A model generated the notes under the pieces. That model was given only the letters and a program-made list of their open reading frames with translations, made no database searches and was not told the DNA's origin. The translations under genes and the position numbers were made by a program. A DNA stretch of 64,000 nucleotides. Origin: Candidatus Krumholzibacteriota bacterium. Its GTDB lineage: Bacteria > Krumholzibacteriota > Krumholzibacteriia > JAJRXK01. The number at the start of each line of letters is the position of its first letter. The first letter of the stretch is position 1. The DNA lies in assembly GCA_963727455.1 (NCBI GenBank), contig CAVSGG010000003.1, positions 128,001-192,000 on the forward strand, given 5' to 3'. Of the stretch, positions 54,016 to 63,296 are shown piece after piece.

Positions 54016-56004
54016 CTACGAGGGCCACGCCACTCGATACACGAGAATGAGGATTACCAGCCCAGAGATCAGGCCGAGCAAATAGGTTTGGATCCGTCCG
54101 GTCTGCAGTCCCCGCAGCGCGCTGCCGAAGCTGCGCAGCAGCTCGCCCGTGCCGTTCACCAGACCGTCGACGACGGCATTGTCGAAGGCGCCGACGAGCC
54201 ATCCGATCGCCCGCGTAAAGTAGCCCGTGCCGTTCACGATGCCGTCGATGATCAGTTTGTCGAAGCCGGCGATGACCGAAGCCTTCGCCAGGGTTCCGCG
54301 AATGATGGTGTCGCGGTAGATCTCGTCGAACCAATACTTGTTCCACAGCAAGCGGTAGGCCCCGGGGAATGCGCGCTGCACGCGGGCGCTGTCGATCAGC
54401 TTCGCCTGGTAGGTCAACCAGGAGAAGAGAATCCCGAGACCGGCGATGGTGAGCGAGGACCACATCGCAATGATGTGGGCGCTGTGATGGACTCCGTGCT
54501 CCGCCGCTTCGTGCGCTCCGGGATTGGTCACGAAACGGTGGAACCAAGCGGATCCCTGCGCGGTGAGTCCACCGGCGATCACGGCCAGAGTTGCGAGCAC
54601 GATCAAGGGGATCGTCATGTTCAGGCCCACTTCGTGCGCGTGGTCGAATTTCTCCTGGTTCCGCGGCTTTCCGGTGAAGGTCATGAAGACGATCCGGAAC
54701 ATGTAGAACGAAGTGAAGCCCGCCGCGAGCAGCGACATCGCGAAGGGAAGCCAGTGAACCGGATGTTCCATCCCGAAGGCGAGAGCCGCGGCCAGGATGG
54801 CGTCCTTGGAGTAGAAGCCGGAGAACGGGGGCACCCCGGAGATGGCCAGGGTGGCCAAGAGGAAGGTGATGAAGGTGATGGGCAGCTTCTTGCGGAGGCC
54901 CCCCATCTCGCGCATGTCCTGCTCGTGGTGCATGGCCTGAATGACCGCGCCGCTGCCCAAAAAGAGCAGTCCCTTGAAGAAGGCGTGGGTGGTCAAATGG
55001 AACATCCCCGCGAACACGCCGCCCACGCCCACCGCCATCACCATGTATCCCAGCTGGCTTATGGTGGAGTAGGCTAGGCCGCGTTTGATGTCGGTCTGCA
55101 CCACCGCCACCGTCGCCGCCCCCAAGGCGGTGATCGCGCCCACGTACATGATGAAGAGCAGCGCGTCGGGGGTGAACAGGGGAAAGAGCCGCGCAATCAT
55201 GTAGACGCCAGCGGCCACCATGGTGGCGGCATGGATGAGCGCGGAGACCGGAGTGGGGCCCTCCATGGCGTCGGGCAGCCAGATGTGCAGCGGAACCTGC
55301 GCGCTCTTGCCGATGCAGCCCATGAAGAGCAGGACCCCGGCCGCAGTCAGAAGCCCTCCCGAAAGCGCTCCGCTGTGCACACTCTCGAAGATGTGGGTGT
55401 AGCCGAAGCTGCCGGTGGCGGTGAAGAAGATCAGGATGCCCAGCCAGAATCCATAGTCCCCCACCCGGTTGACGAGAAAGGCCTTCTTGCCCGCATTGGC
55501 CGCCGAGGGTTTCTTGAAAAAGAAGCCGATGAGGAGGTAGCTGGCCAGACCTACCAGTTCCCAGAAGATGTACAGGAAGAACACGTTGTTGCTGAGCACG
55601 ATGCCCAGCATGGCGAAGGTGAACCAGCCCAAGAAGGCGAAGTACCGCGCGTAGCGTTCATCACCTTTCATGTATCCCATCGAGAAGACATGCACCCAGA
55701 AGGATATGGTGGTGACCACCACTAGCATGATCGCGGTCATTCCATCGACCAGAATACCCGCGTTCACGTGGAAGCGCGCGATGTTGAACCAGGTCCAGCT
55801 AGCTTCGATCTTGTAGGCCGGATCATCCAGCGCCCAGAAGTGAAAAAAGATGCGCAGCGAGAGAATCCAGGCGATTGCGAGCGCGGTCACTCCGATGAAA
55901 TCACCGCGACGCGGCAGCCTCTCCCCGAAGAAAAAGGTGAGAACGTAGCTGAGCAGCGGGAGCCCCAGGATGACGAGCGCCATTGTAATGATGTTTTGGT
56001 CCAC
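54016..56004 (-). CDS. nuoL: NADH-quinone oxidoreductase subunit L
   Basis: GKSAQVPLHIWLPDAMEGPTPVSALIHAATMV, HAFFKGLLFL. Confidence 0.95.
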   Translation of the reverse strand: MDQNIITMALVILGLPLLSYVLTFFFGERLPRRGDFIGVTALAIAWILSLRIFFHFWALDDPAYKIEASWTWFNIARFHVNAGILVDGMTAIMLVVVTTISFWVHVFSMGYMKGDERYARYFAFLGWFTFAMLGIVLSNNVFFLYIFWELVGLASYLLIGFFFKKPSAANAGKKAFLVNRVGDYGFWLGILIFFTATGSFGYTHIFESVHSGALSGGLLTAAGVLLFMGCIGKSAQVPLHIWLPDAMEGPTPVSALIHAATMVAAGVYMIARLFPLFTPDALLFIMYVGAITALGAATVAVVQTDIKRGLAYSTISQLGYMVMAVGVGGVFAGMFHLTTHAFFKGLLFLGSGAVIQAMHHEQDMREMGGLRKKLPITFITFLLATLAISGVPPFSGFYSKDAILAAALAFGMEHPVHWLPFAMSLLAAGFTSFYMFRIVFMTFTGKPRNQEKFDHAHEVGLNMTIPLIVLATLAVIAGGLTAQGSAWFHRFVTNPGAHEAAEHGVHHSAHIIAMWSSLTIAGLGILFSWLTYQAKLIDSARVQRAFPGAYRLLWNKYWFDEIYRDTIIRGTLAKASVIAGFDKLIIDGIVNGTGYFTRAIGWLVGAFDNAVVDGLVNGTGELLRSFGSALRGLQTGRIQTYLLGLISGLVILILVYRVAWPS

Positions 56005-56015
56005 GGCCTGCGCCC

Positions 56016-56324
56016 CTAGTGCCTGAGACGGTCCACTTGCTCCACGTGGACGGTCTGAAAGTTACGAAAGATGGCCAAGACGATGGCCAAGGCAACTGCC
56101 GCTTCCGCGGCGGCCAAGACGATGATGAAGATCGTCATGAGCTGTCCGCTCAGATCCGCGGCGCCGTACTTCGAAAACGCAACGAAGTTGAGCGCGGCCG
56201 AGTTCAAGATGAGTTCGACGCCCATGAGCATGACGATGGCGTTGCGCCGGCTCAAGACGATGAACAGACCGAGCGCGAAAAGGATCGCCCCCAAGCTCAG
56301 ATAGTGGACGAGGCCTACGTGCAT
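56016..56324 (-). CDS. nuoK: NADH-quinone oxidoreductase subunit K
   Basis: RRNAIVMLMGVELILN, AAAEAAVALAI. Confidence 0.95.
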   Translation of the reverse strand: MHVGLVHYLSLGAILFALGLFIVLSRRNAIVMLMGVELILNSAALNFVAFSKYGAADLSGQLMTIFIIVLAAAEAAVALAIVLAIFRNFQTVHVEQVDRLRH

Positions 56325-56836
56325 CAGCGGGGACCCTCCTTGTCTGCGCGCCTCTCACGAATGATCATCGCCGCTCCGATCATCGCGACCAGCAAGAGGA
56401 TGCTGGTGAATTCGAAGGGAAAGAGGTACTGCGTGAGGATCTTCTGCCCCAGAGCCGCCGTTGTCGGCTGCGCCGCGCTGACCGTCCCCTGAGGCCATGC
56501 CGTCCGGAAAATGGTCAAGAGCATCAGGGCCAACACTACGATCGACACCGCCAGGGCCGGCGCGGGCTGGACCAGCTCGTCGGCCAAGTTCGTGCTCATG
56601 ATGCGGTTGGTCATCATGACCGCGAAGAGCACGAGGACGAGGATGCCCCCCACGTACACTACCACCTGGGTTATGGCCAAAAAGTCGGCGCCCAAGAAAA
56701 CGTACATGGCGCATACGCCCAAGAGAGCGAAGAGCAGGGACATCCCGCTGTGCACGACCGAGCGGCTGAAGGCAACGACCAAACCGGCAGCGACGGTGAT
56801 CGCGGCAAGGAGATACCAGATGAGATCTCCGGTCAC
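56324..56836 (-). CDS. nuoJ: NADH-quinone oxidoreductase subunit J
   Basis: QVVVYVGGILVL, YLFPFEFTSILLL; GTG start at 56836 overlapping the nuoI stop. Confidence 0.92.
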   Translation of the reverse strand: MTGDLIWYLLAAITVAAGLVVAFSRSVVHSGMSLLFALLGVCAMYVFLGADFLAITQVVVYVGGILVLVLFAVMMTNRIMSTNLADELVQPAPALAVSIVVLALMLLTIFRTAWPQGTVSAAQPTTAALGQKILTQYLFPFEFTSILLLVAMIGAAMIIRERRADKEGPR

Positions 56837-57339
56837 TGCGCCCCCCCTTCGTCTTTCGTATCGGAAGAAGCCGCTGGAGCGGAGGCGGCGCCCTCGTCCT
56901 TCTTCTTGGGTTCCTTGGGAATCTTGTAGGGCACCACGGGCTCGTCGACGTACTCGTATACCAGACGGCTTCGCTTGTAGAGCGAATGGTCGTAGTCGTG
57001 GCTCATCGTGATGCAGTTGGTCGGGCATGGCTCAGTGCACAGGGAGCACCAGATGCACTTGTTGTAGTCGATCGCGAAGCGCGACATCTTCTTCTCTTTG
57101 CCCTTGCCCTCCATCTCGATGTAGATGCAATCGACTGGACAGGCTTTGGCGCAGAGCTGGCACGCGGTACAGCGCGGCACGTCGTTATGAACGAAGCCCC
57201 GAAAGCGCTCCGGCAGCGACCAGCGTTCCTGGGGAAACTGCTGCGTCACCGGCTTCTTGAAGAAATACTTGATGGTGATCCGCATGCCTTTGGCGATCGA
57301 GCTCAGGCTTCGCTGGATGTCACCGGCTAATTTCACCAC
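56833..57339 (-). CDS. nuoI: NADH-quinone oxidoreductase subunit I
   Basis: CTACQLCAKACP and CIWCSLCTEPCP 4Fe-4S motifs. Confidence 0.95.
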   Translation of the reverse strand: MVKLAGDIQRSLSSIAKGMRITIKYFFKKPVTQQFPQERWSLPERFRGFVHNDVPRCTACQLCAKACPVDCIYIEMEGKGKEKKMSRFAIDYNKCIWCSLCTEPCPTNCITMSHDYDHSLYKRSRLVYEYVDEPVVPYKIPKEPKKKDEGAASAPAASSDTKDEGGAQ

Positions 57340-57369
57340 ATCGTCCTCGCTTGAGACGCCTGTGCGCGC

Positions 57370-58416
57370 CTAGAACAAGACTTTCAACAGACCAAAGACC
57401 AAGAGCAGCACCAACACGATGGGAAGGAGTACCTTCCAGCACACCGACATCAGTTGGTCCACCCGCAGGCGCGGCAGGGTCCAGCGCAGCCACATCTGCA
57501 AGAACACCACGAGTACGCTCTTGCCCACGAAAATGGCCGGAGCGGGAATGACGCGATCGAGCGCCGGAACGCCGGAATTCCAACCACCCAAAAAGACGGC
57601 TACCGCAATGGCCGCCACCGCAAACATGTCCGCATACTCACCCAACATGAAGAAGGCGAACTTCATCCCGGTGTACTCGGTATGATATCCCGCCACCAGT
57701 TCCGATTCGGATTCCGGCAAGTCGAAGGGAATCCGGTTGACCTCGGCCAGAGAGGCAATGAGATAGATCACGAAGCTCAAAAGCAAAAGCGGATGAAAGA
57801 CGTGCCAATGAAAGATCCAGCCGCTCTGGGCCTGGGTGATGACGCCCAAATTCAGGCTGCCAGTGGTCATCACTACCGGGAGCACCGCCAAGACCAAGGG
57901 GATCTCGTAGGAGACGACCTGGGCCGCCCCGCGCATCGCCCCGTAGAGGGCCCACTTGTTGTTGCTCCCCCAGCCCGCCATGATGATCCCGATGACAACC
58001 AGGCTACTGGTGGCAAAAGCGTAGAAGAGGCCAACGTCGAGCTTGGCGCCGACGAAGTTCGGACCGAAGGGAAGCACCACGAAGGTGAGGAAAGCTCCGG
58101 TGAAGCAAACCACCGGCGCCGCGCGCCACAGAATCTTGTCCGCGCTGGCCGGCGCGACGTCCTCCTTCAGCAGGAACTTGATGCCATCGGCGATCGGCTG
58201 AAGGATCCCGTGCCAATGACCGACGTACATCGGCCCGTAGCGTGATTGCATGAAGCCGGCGACCTTCCGCTCCGCGAGACTGAAGATCATCACCGCGACG
58301 GCGACGCCGGCCAGAATGATCACCGCAATGGTCAACATGGCCATGCCCTGGAGGAGTGGCTGCGGCCATCCCGCGAAGATCCCCATGCTCTTGAACGCTG
58401 CGTAAAAGAATTCCAA
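57370..58416 (-). CDS. nuoH: NADH-quinone oxidoreductase subunit H
   Basis: ERKVAG, QPIADGIK, NRIPFDLPESESELVAGYHTEY, PRLRVDQ. Confidence 0.95.
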   Translation of the reverse strand: MEFFYAAFKSMGIFAGWPQPLLQGMAMLTIAVIILAGVAVAVMIFSLAERKVAGFMQSRYGPMYVGHWHGILQPIADGIKFLLKEDVAPASADKILWRAAPVVCFTGAFLTFVVLPFGPNFVGAKLDVGLFYAFATSSLVVIGIIMAGWGSNNKWALYGAMRGAAQVVSYEIPLVLAVLPVVMTTGSLNLGVITQAQSGWIFHWHVFHPLLLLSFVIYLIASLAEVNRIPFDLPESESELVAGYHTEYTGMKFAFFMLGEYADMFAVAAIAVAVFLGGWNSGVPALDRVIPAPAIFVGKSVLVVFLQMWLRWTLPRLRVDQLMSVCWKVLLPIVLVLLLVFGLLKVLF

Positions 58417-58464
58417 GGCTGCCTTCGTCTCCTCTTTGCCCGGACCTTTTCGTCCCGCGGGCGC

Positions 58465-59661
58465 CTATCGGTCGATCTCTCCCAAGACCAGATCCAAAGA
58501 TCCCACGGTGGCCACGAGGTCGGAGATCATCTGACCCCGGCCCACTTTTTCGATGACACTGAGGTTGTGAATCGATGGGCTGCGCGTCTTGCAGCGGAAG
58601 GGCACCGTCCCCCCGTCGGAAACGATCCAAAAGCCCAGTTCGCCCTTGGGGTTTTCGGCGCGGAAGTAGACCTCGCCGGGCGGGATCTTGAGGTTTTTGG
58701 GCATCTCCGCCATCACCTCGCCGCGCTTGGGCATCTGCTCGATGGCCTGGGCGACGATGCGAGTGGACTGTTCCATTTCGTCCATGCGGACTTTGTATCG
58801 ATCCCAACAGTCACCCGTAATTCCCATCTTCCCGCTCCCTACCGCCGGCTGCCAGTCGAAGCGCTCGTAGATGCTGTAGGGCTCGTCTTTCCTCAGATCG
58901 AAATTGACTCCGGCGCCGCGAAGCACGGGACCGCTGCATCCGTAGTCGATGGCGTCCCTGTCGATTGATCACGCCGACTCTTCGCGGTGCGCTGGATGAA
59001 GATCTCGTTGGTGGAGAGTAGAGTGTCGTACTCCTTCAGCTTCTTGGGGAACATCTCCACGAAGAGTTTGATCTCCTCCATGGCATCGTCGGGGATGTCC
59101 CACTTCACTCCGCCCACGTCGTAGTAGGTATACATGAGGCGCGCGCCGCAGATCTTCTCGAAGATGTTGAGTATGGCCTCGCGCTCTCGAATGGCGTGGA
59201 GGAAGGGCGTGAATGCGCCGATGTCCAGACCATAGGTTCCGAAGGCGATGAGATGGCTCGCGATACGGTTGAGCTCGCCCACGATCACCCGCACGTATTC
59301 CGCATACTCGGGGATGACGAGCTTCCATCTCCGTCTCGCGCATCAAGGCCTCGACCGCAAGACAGTAGGTCCAGTTGCAGTTCATGGCCGCGAGGTAGTC
59401 CATGCGGTCGGTGTAGAGCACGTACTGATGGTAGGTGTTTCCCTCGGCGATCTTCTCGGCGCAGCGATGCAGATATCCCAGATAGGGAACCACTTCGTTG
59501 ACGATCTCTCCGTCGGTGGTGACGAAGAGTCGAAGCACCCCGTGAGTCGCCGGGTGCTGGGGACCCATGTTGATGTGCAGGAGCTGACTCTTCAGCGGCC
59601 GGGCCGTGTCATCGCTGCGCTCGACGGCCAGCTTGGTCGTGTCGCTCGGGTTGCGCGTCAT
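58465..59661 (-). CDS. nuoD: NADH-quinone oxidoreductase subunit D, interrupted by three +1 indels (probable sequencing errors; otherwise pseudogene)
   Basis: [27 protein letters not shown] and GEIDR are split across three ORFs; extra bases at ~59323, ~58981 and ~58957. Confidence 0.88.
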
Positions 59662-60257
59662 TCCTCTTCCGCCCCCCTCTTCTCACGAACCGCCAAGGGG
59701 AGACCTTCCAGGGGCACCCCCTGCCACTCCTTGGGCATCTGATAGTCTTTGCGAAGGGGCCAGCCCTCCCAGTCCTCGGGCAAGAGGAGCCGGCGCAGGT
59801 CCGGATGTCCTTCGAACTCGATCCCGTACATGTCGTAGGCCTCGCGCTCGTGCCAGAGCGCGGTGGGCCAGACCGAGCTCACGCTCGCGACCTTGGGCTC
59901 TTCGCGACTGGTTCTGATTTTCACCACGAAACGCGTGCGCTCGGACAGACTCTCCAGGTGGTAGGACATTCCCAAGTCTCCGGTGGCCGGCTCCACCACC
60001 GGTTCGACCTTGCCGTCCTCACTGTATTGCGCAATGGCCCGGTGCTTGCCGCGACCCTTCTCATCCCAGCCCTCGAAGTCGATTCCCGCCGCGATGAGCA
60101 GGCGGTCGAAGCCTAGCTCGTCGCGCAGCACTCGCGCGACCTCACGCATGCGGGAGGGTTCGACCTCCAGATAGGGCTGAGAGCTTTCGAACTCGCCGCC
60201 CACTACCGCCTTGGGGCAGCGCTTCTCGATGAGTTCTCGGATTTCCGCAGGCGACAT
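59658..60257 (-). CDS. nuoC: NADH-quinone oxidoreductase subunit C
   Basis: [26 protein letters not shown]. Confidence 0.93.
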   Translation of the reverse strand: MSPAEIRELIEKRCPKAVVGGEFESSQPYLEVEPSRMREVARVLRDELGFDRLLIAAGIDFEGWDEKGRGKHRAIAQYSEDGKVEPVVEPATGDLGMSYHLESLSERTRFVVKIRTSREEPKVASVSSVWPTALWHEREAYDMYGIEFEGHPDLRRLLLPEDWEGWPLRKDYQMPKEWQGVPLEGLPLAVREKRGAEEE

Positions 60258-60282
60258 TGAGTTCGCTCCAAGATCTTCGCGA

Positions 60283-60912
60283 TCAATCGGGGATGGTCGT
60301 GATGTACTGGTCGACCCACTTCGGCTTGCGCCACTTGCCCTTCTTCCCGCGGATCTTGTCCTGCAGGCGCATGAGCCCGTCGAGCAAAACTTCGGGGCGC
60401 GGGGGACATCCGGGCACGTACACGTCGACCGGCACCATGAGGTCGACGCCCTTCACCACGTGGTAGCCGTACTTGAAGTAAGGTCCGCCGCCGATGGCGC
60501 AGCTTCCCATGGCGATGACCCACTTGGGATCGGGCATCTGGTCGTACAGGCGCTTGATCCGAAGCGCCATCTTGGCGGTTACCGTACCCGATACGATCAT
60601 CAGATCCGTTTGGCGGGGAGTGCCGCGCATGGCGCCCGCGCCGAAGCGGTCCATGTCGTAGCGGGTGCCCGCCGCCGACATCATTTCGATTGCGCAACAG
60701 GCCAGACCGAAGGTCATGGGCCAGATGCTCCACAGGCGCGCCCAGCGGAAGAGCTCGTCCACCTTGCTCAACATCACGTTGGAAGGCCCCGGCGCGGAAA
60801 CTTCCTTCAAGTCCTCGTCGGTCTGGAAGTCGAGCATGTGTTCCCAGTCTTGGGGATCGCGCGAAATGTGTGGACCCTGGAGCCAAACGGGAGCTTTGGA
60901 TTCATCCGACAT
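60283..60912 (-). CDS. nuoB: NADH-quinone oxidoreductase subunit B
   Basis: [23 protein letters not shown]. Confidence 0.95.
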   Translation of the reverse strand: MSDESKAPVWLQGPHISRDPQDWEHMLDFQTDEDLKEVSAPGPSNVMLSKVDELFRWARLWSIWPMTFGLACCAIEMMSAAGTRYDMDRFGAGAMRGTPRQTDLMIVSGTVTAKMALRIKRLYDQMPDPKWVIAMGSCAIGGGPYFKYGYHVVKGVDLMVPVDVYVPGCPPRPEVLLDGLMRLQDKIRGKKGKWRKPKWVDQYITTIPD

Positions 60913-60915
60913 CGC

Positions 60916-61398
60916 TCACACCCCCTCCGGCTTCGCGCTCTTGTGGGCCGAGTGCGCATCGGCGGGGTACTGTCCGGAGCTGTACCAGGAGAGGGACTCC
61001 ACTTCATCCTCGTCGCGGGGCGCCAGACTCTTCACCCAGGCCAGGTCGCCCTTGGCCCAGACGTAGGCCAGGCCGACCAGCAGGATCACCACGAAGAGCA
61101 CCATTTCCCAGAACACGAAACTACCCATCAGGGCGAGCATGTCCTTGAAGACCACGGCCCAGGGCAAGAGGAAGACCACTTCGACGTCGAAAACGATGAA
61201 GAAGAGGGCTACCAGATAGAAGCGCACGTTGAAGCGAACCCAGGGGGATCCCTCCGGAACTTCCCCGCACTCGTAGGCGATTTCGTCCTTGCGCGACCGC
61301 GCGCGCGGCCGCAGCGCCCAGGAGATGGCCAGGGTGATGACGGCGAAGCCCACCGAGAGCGCGAGAAAGACCAGAACGGTTGCGAAGCGACTGAGCAC
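60916..61398 (-). CDS. nuoA: NADH-quinone oxidoreductase subunit A
   Basis: YECG, FYLVALFFIVFDVE, KGDLAW; GTG start at 61398 with AAAGGA RBS. Confidence 0.93.
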   Translation of the reverse strand: MLSRFATVLVFLALSVGFAVITLAISWALRPRARSRKDEIAYECGEVPEGSPWVRFNVRFYLVALFFIVFDVEVVFLLPWAVVFKDMLALMGSFVFWEMVLFVVILLVGLAYVWAKGDLAWVKSLAPRDEDEVESLSWYSSGQYPADAHSAHKSAKPEGV

Positions 61399-61666
61399 CT
61401 TGATCGTTCCTTTGGAGGAACTCCGCGCGAGATTGCGCGAGTATTGGACCCGCGTCCCGCGTGGAGAGAATCCATATAGAGCCCGCTTGCGAACGCAAGT
61501 CAAGCATGCATGAGCATCCATGCAAGCCGGACCAAAACCCTGGTTCGTGGCATTCAATTCGACTACCATCGAATCGTCGAATTGACCCGAGCCACCGCGG
61601 GCCAGAGGAGTGCCCTTCCGGCCCGCTGCCAATGATAGAAGCGCGCAGCCCGAGGCCAAGCCCGCG

Positions 61667-62245
61667 ATGAGCCCCAAGGACGAAATGCAATTCCTCACCC
61701 ACGCCCTCCGGGTCCTCAACGAGCCCGCACGGCTGAAAATGGTGGGCCTTCTGGCCATGCGACCCCGCTATGGCGAAGAGCTGGCGGAGATCCTCGAACT
61801 TTCCCCGGCCACGGTCTCGCACCATCTGCGGCGTCTGCGGGAGGGCATGCTCATCCGCTCGCACAAGGAGCCGCCCTATATTCGCTACGAACTGCGGCCA
61901 GAGGTGCTGCCGCGCCTCTGCCACCTTTTGGAGAGAGCCGGGGAGTGGGCCAAAGCCTTTGGGCTACCCAGCGAGGAGATGCTGACACAACAGGCCCTGC
62001 GCGGTGTGCTGGACGAGGAGGGGCGCGTGACGAGGCTGCCCAAATCGCCGCGCCATGCGACCCTGGTGCTGCGCTGGATCGTCCTGCGCTTCGAATCGGG
62101 GCGGATCTATCCTCAGCGCGAGGTGCGACGCATCCTGCTGGACGCGTGTCGGAATGAGGAGGCAGTGCTCCAGGAACTGGTCGCGCGCGGCTGGCTGCAG
62201 CAGAAGGGCGGAGTGTTGCGCCGCACCGAGGAGGTCCCCGCGTGA
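61667..62245 (+). CDS. ArsR/SmtB HTH regulator with DUF2087-like C-terminal domain
   Basis: RLKMVGLL...ELAEILELSPATVSHHLRRL; FESGRIYPQREV. Confidence 0.8.
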   Translation: MSPKDEMQFLTHALRVLNEPARLKMVGLLAMRPRYGEELAEILELSPATVSHHLRRLREGMLIRSHKEPPYIRYELRPEVLPRLCHLLERAGEWAKAFGLPSEEMLTQQALRGVLDEEGRVTRLPKSPRHATLVLRWIVLRFESGRIYPQREVRRILLDACRNEEAVLQELVARGWLQQKGGVLRRTEEVPA

Positions 62246-62661
62246 TCCGAATCGTGGCGGTGGGCAGGATCAAGATGCGCTCTCTGCGGGAGGCAAGCGA
62301 GGAGTACGAGCGGCGCATTCGGCGCTTCGCGCGCTTTCAGCTCCTCGAAGTCCCCGACCGCGACCCACAGGCCGAGGGCCAGAGTCTCCTGGCGGCGGCC
62401 CGTGGAGAGCCCCTGGTGGCGCTGGATGTGCAGGGGGATGCCTGGGACTCGCCCGCATTCGCGCGCTTTCTGGGCCAGCACGCCAGCCCCTGCTTTTTGG
62501 TGGGTGGGCCGGACGGGCTGAGCCAGGAAGCGCTGGAGGGAGCCGCCTTGCGCCTCAGCCTCAGCCCCCTCACCTTCCCCCACGAGCTGGCCCGGCTGAT
62601 CCTCACCGAGCAGATCTACCGCGGTCTGACTATCCTGAAAGGGCATCCCTACCACCGCTGA
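62242..62661 (+). CDS. rlmH: 23S rRNA (pseudouridine-1915-N3)-methyltransferase
   Basis: IVAVGRIK, VGGPDG, TFPHELARLILTEQIYRG...GHPYHR. Confidence 0.93.
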   Translation: MIRIVAVGRIKMRSLREASEEYERRIRRFARFQLLEVPDRDPQAEGQSLLAAARGEPLVALDVQGDAWDSPAFARFLGQHASPCFLVGGPDGLSQEALEGAALRLSLSPLTFPHELARLILTEQIYRGLTILKGHPYHR

Positions 62662-62724
62662 GCGCGGCGGCGCGCCAACCGCACCCGAGCCCCCGAACCC
62701 CGGTCCGCATGGCCGGAGATCCCT

Positions 62725-63036
62725 ATGGAAAAGCCCTATCGCTACCACCTCCTTCCCTGCGCGGGACCTCGCTGCGGCGCCGAAACCGGGGAGCGCTTCA
62801 AGCGCCAGCTGAAGGAGCTTCTCCCCGATCGCAAGGCCCTCGGGGTGCGCATCAGCACTACCAGCTGCCAGGGTCTCTGCGAGCACGGCCCCAACCTCTG
62901 CGTGTACCCGGAAGGCGCTGTCTACCATCGACTTAGCCCCGAAGATCTCCCCCGGATCGTGCGAGAGCACATCCGTGGGGGGTGTCCGGTACGCGAAATC
63001 CTGGCGCGCCGCGGCGAAGACCCCAAAGACGACTGA
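62725..63036 (+). CDS. thioredoxin-like [2Fe-2S] ferredoxin
   Basis: CAGPRC and CQGLCEHGP...VYPEGAVY...IVREHI. Confidence 0.88.
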   Translation: MEKPYRYHLLPCAGPRCGAETGERFKRQLKELLPDRKALGVRISTTSCQGLCEHGPNLCVYPEGAVYHRLSPEDLPRIVREHIRGGCPVREILARRGEDPKDD

Positions 63037-63138
63037 GAAAGCGCCTATTTGGTCCGGTTTTGGACCGTTCCTTGCTGCGACGAGGCAGCGCCGGGAATCC
63101 GTGGGGATTTTTGGCAACTTGCGCCACGTTCGGGAGCT

Positions 63139-63155
63139 TTGGGACTCGCGTTGCA
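63139..63155 (+). promoter_or_regulatory. putative sigma54 -24/-12 promoter
   Basis: TTGGGACtcgcgTTGCA, GG-N10-GC spacing, one mismatch to TGGCAC-N5-TTGCA. Confidence 0.5.
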
Positions 63156-63296
63156 CGATGCGGCCACACTTCCGAATTCATCCTGCAAGGCTTTGGGACT
63201 CAGCGCGCCGCGAGGGTCTGAGAGCTTTGCGGAGAGAAACTCTGACAGGGGAACTCGCCAACCTTGTTCGAATCAGGACCAAGACCTCACCGCGCC

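Noticed and set aside
52846-55077. 743-aa ORF antisense to nuoL/nuoM, and similar long shadows at 42560..44320, 49425..50897 and 21350..22702
   Set aside because: Stop-poor reverse frames of strongly biased genes; no recognisable domains.
63225-63290. Glycine riboswitch upstream of the ABC binding protein
   Set aside because: GGAGAGA is present, but the CCGAAG and CTCTCAGG core elements are missing.
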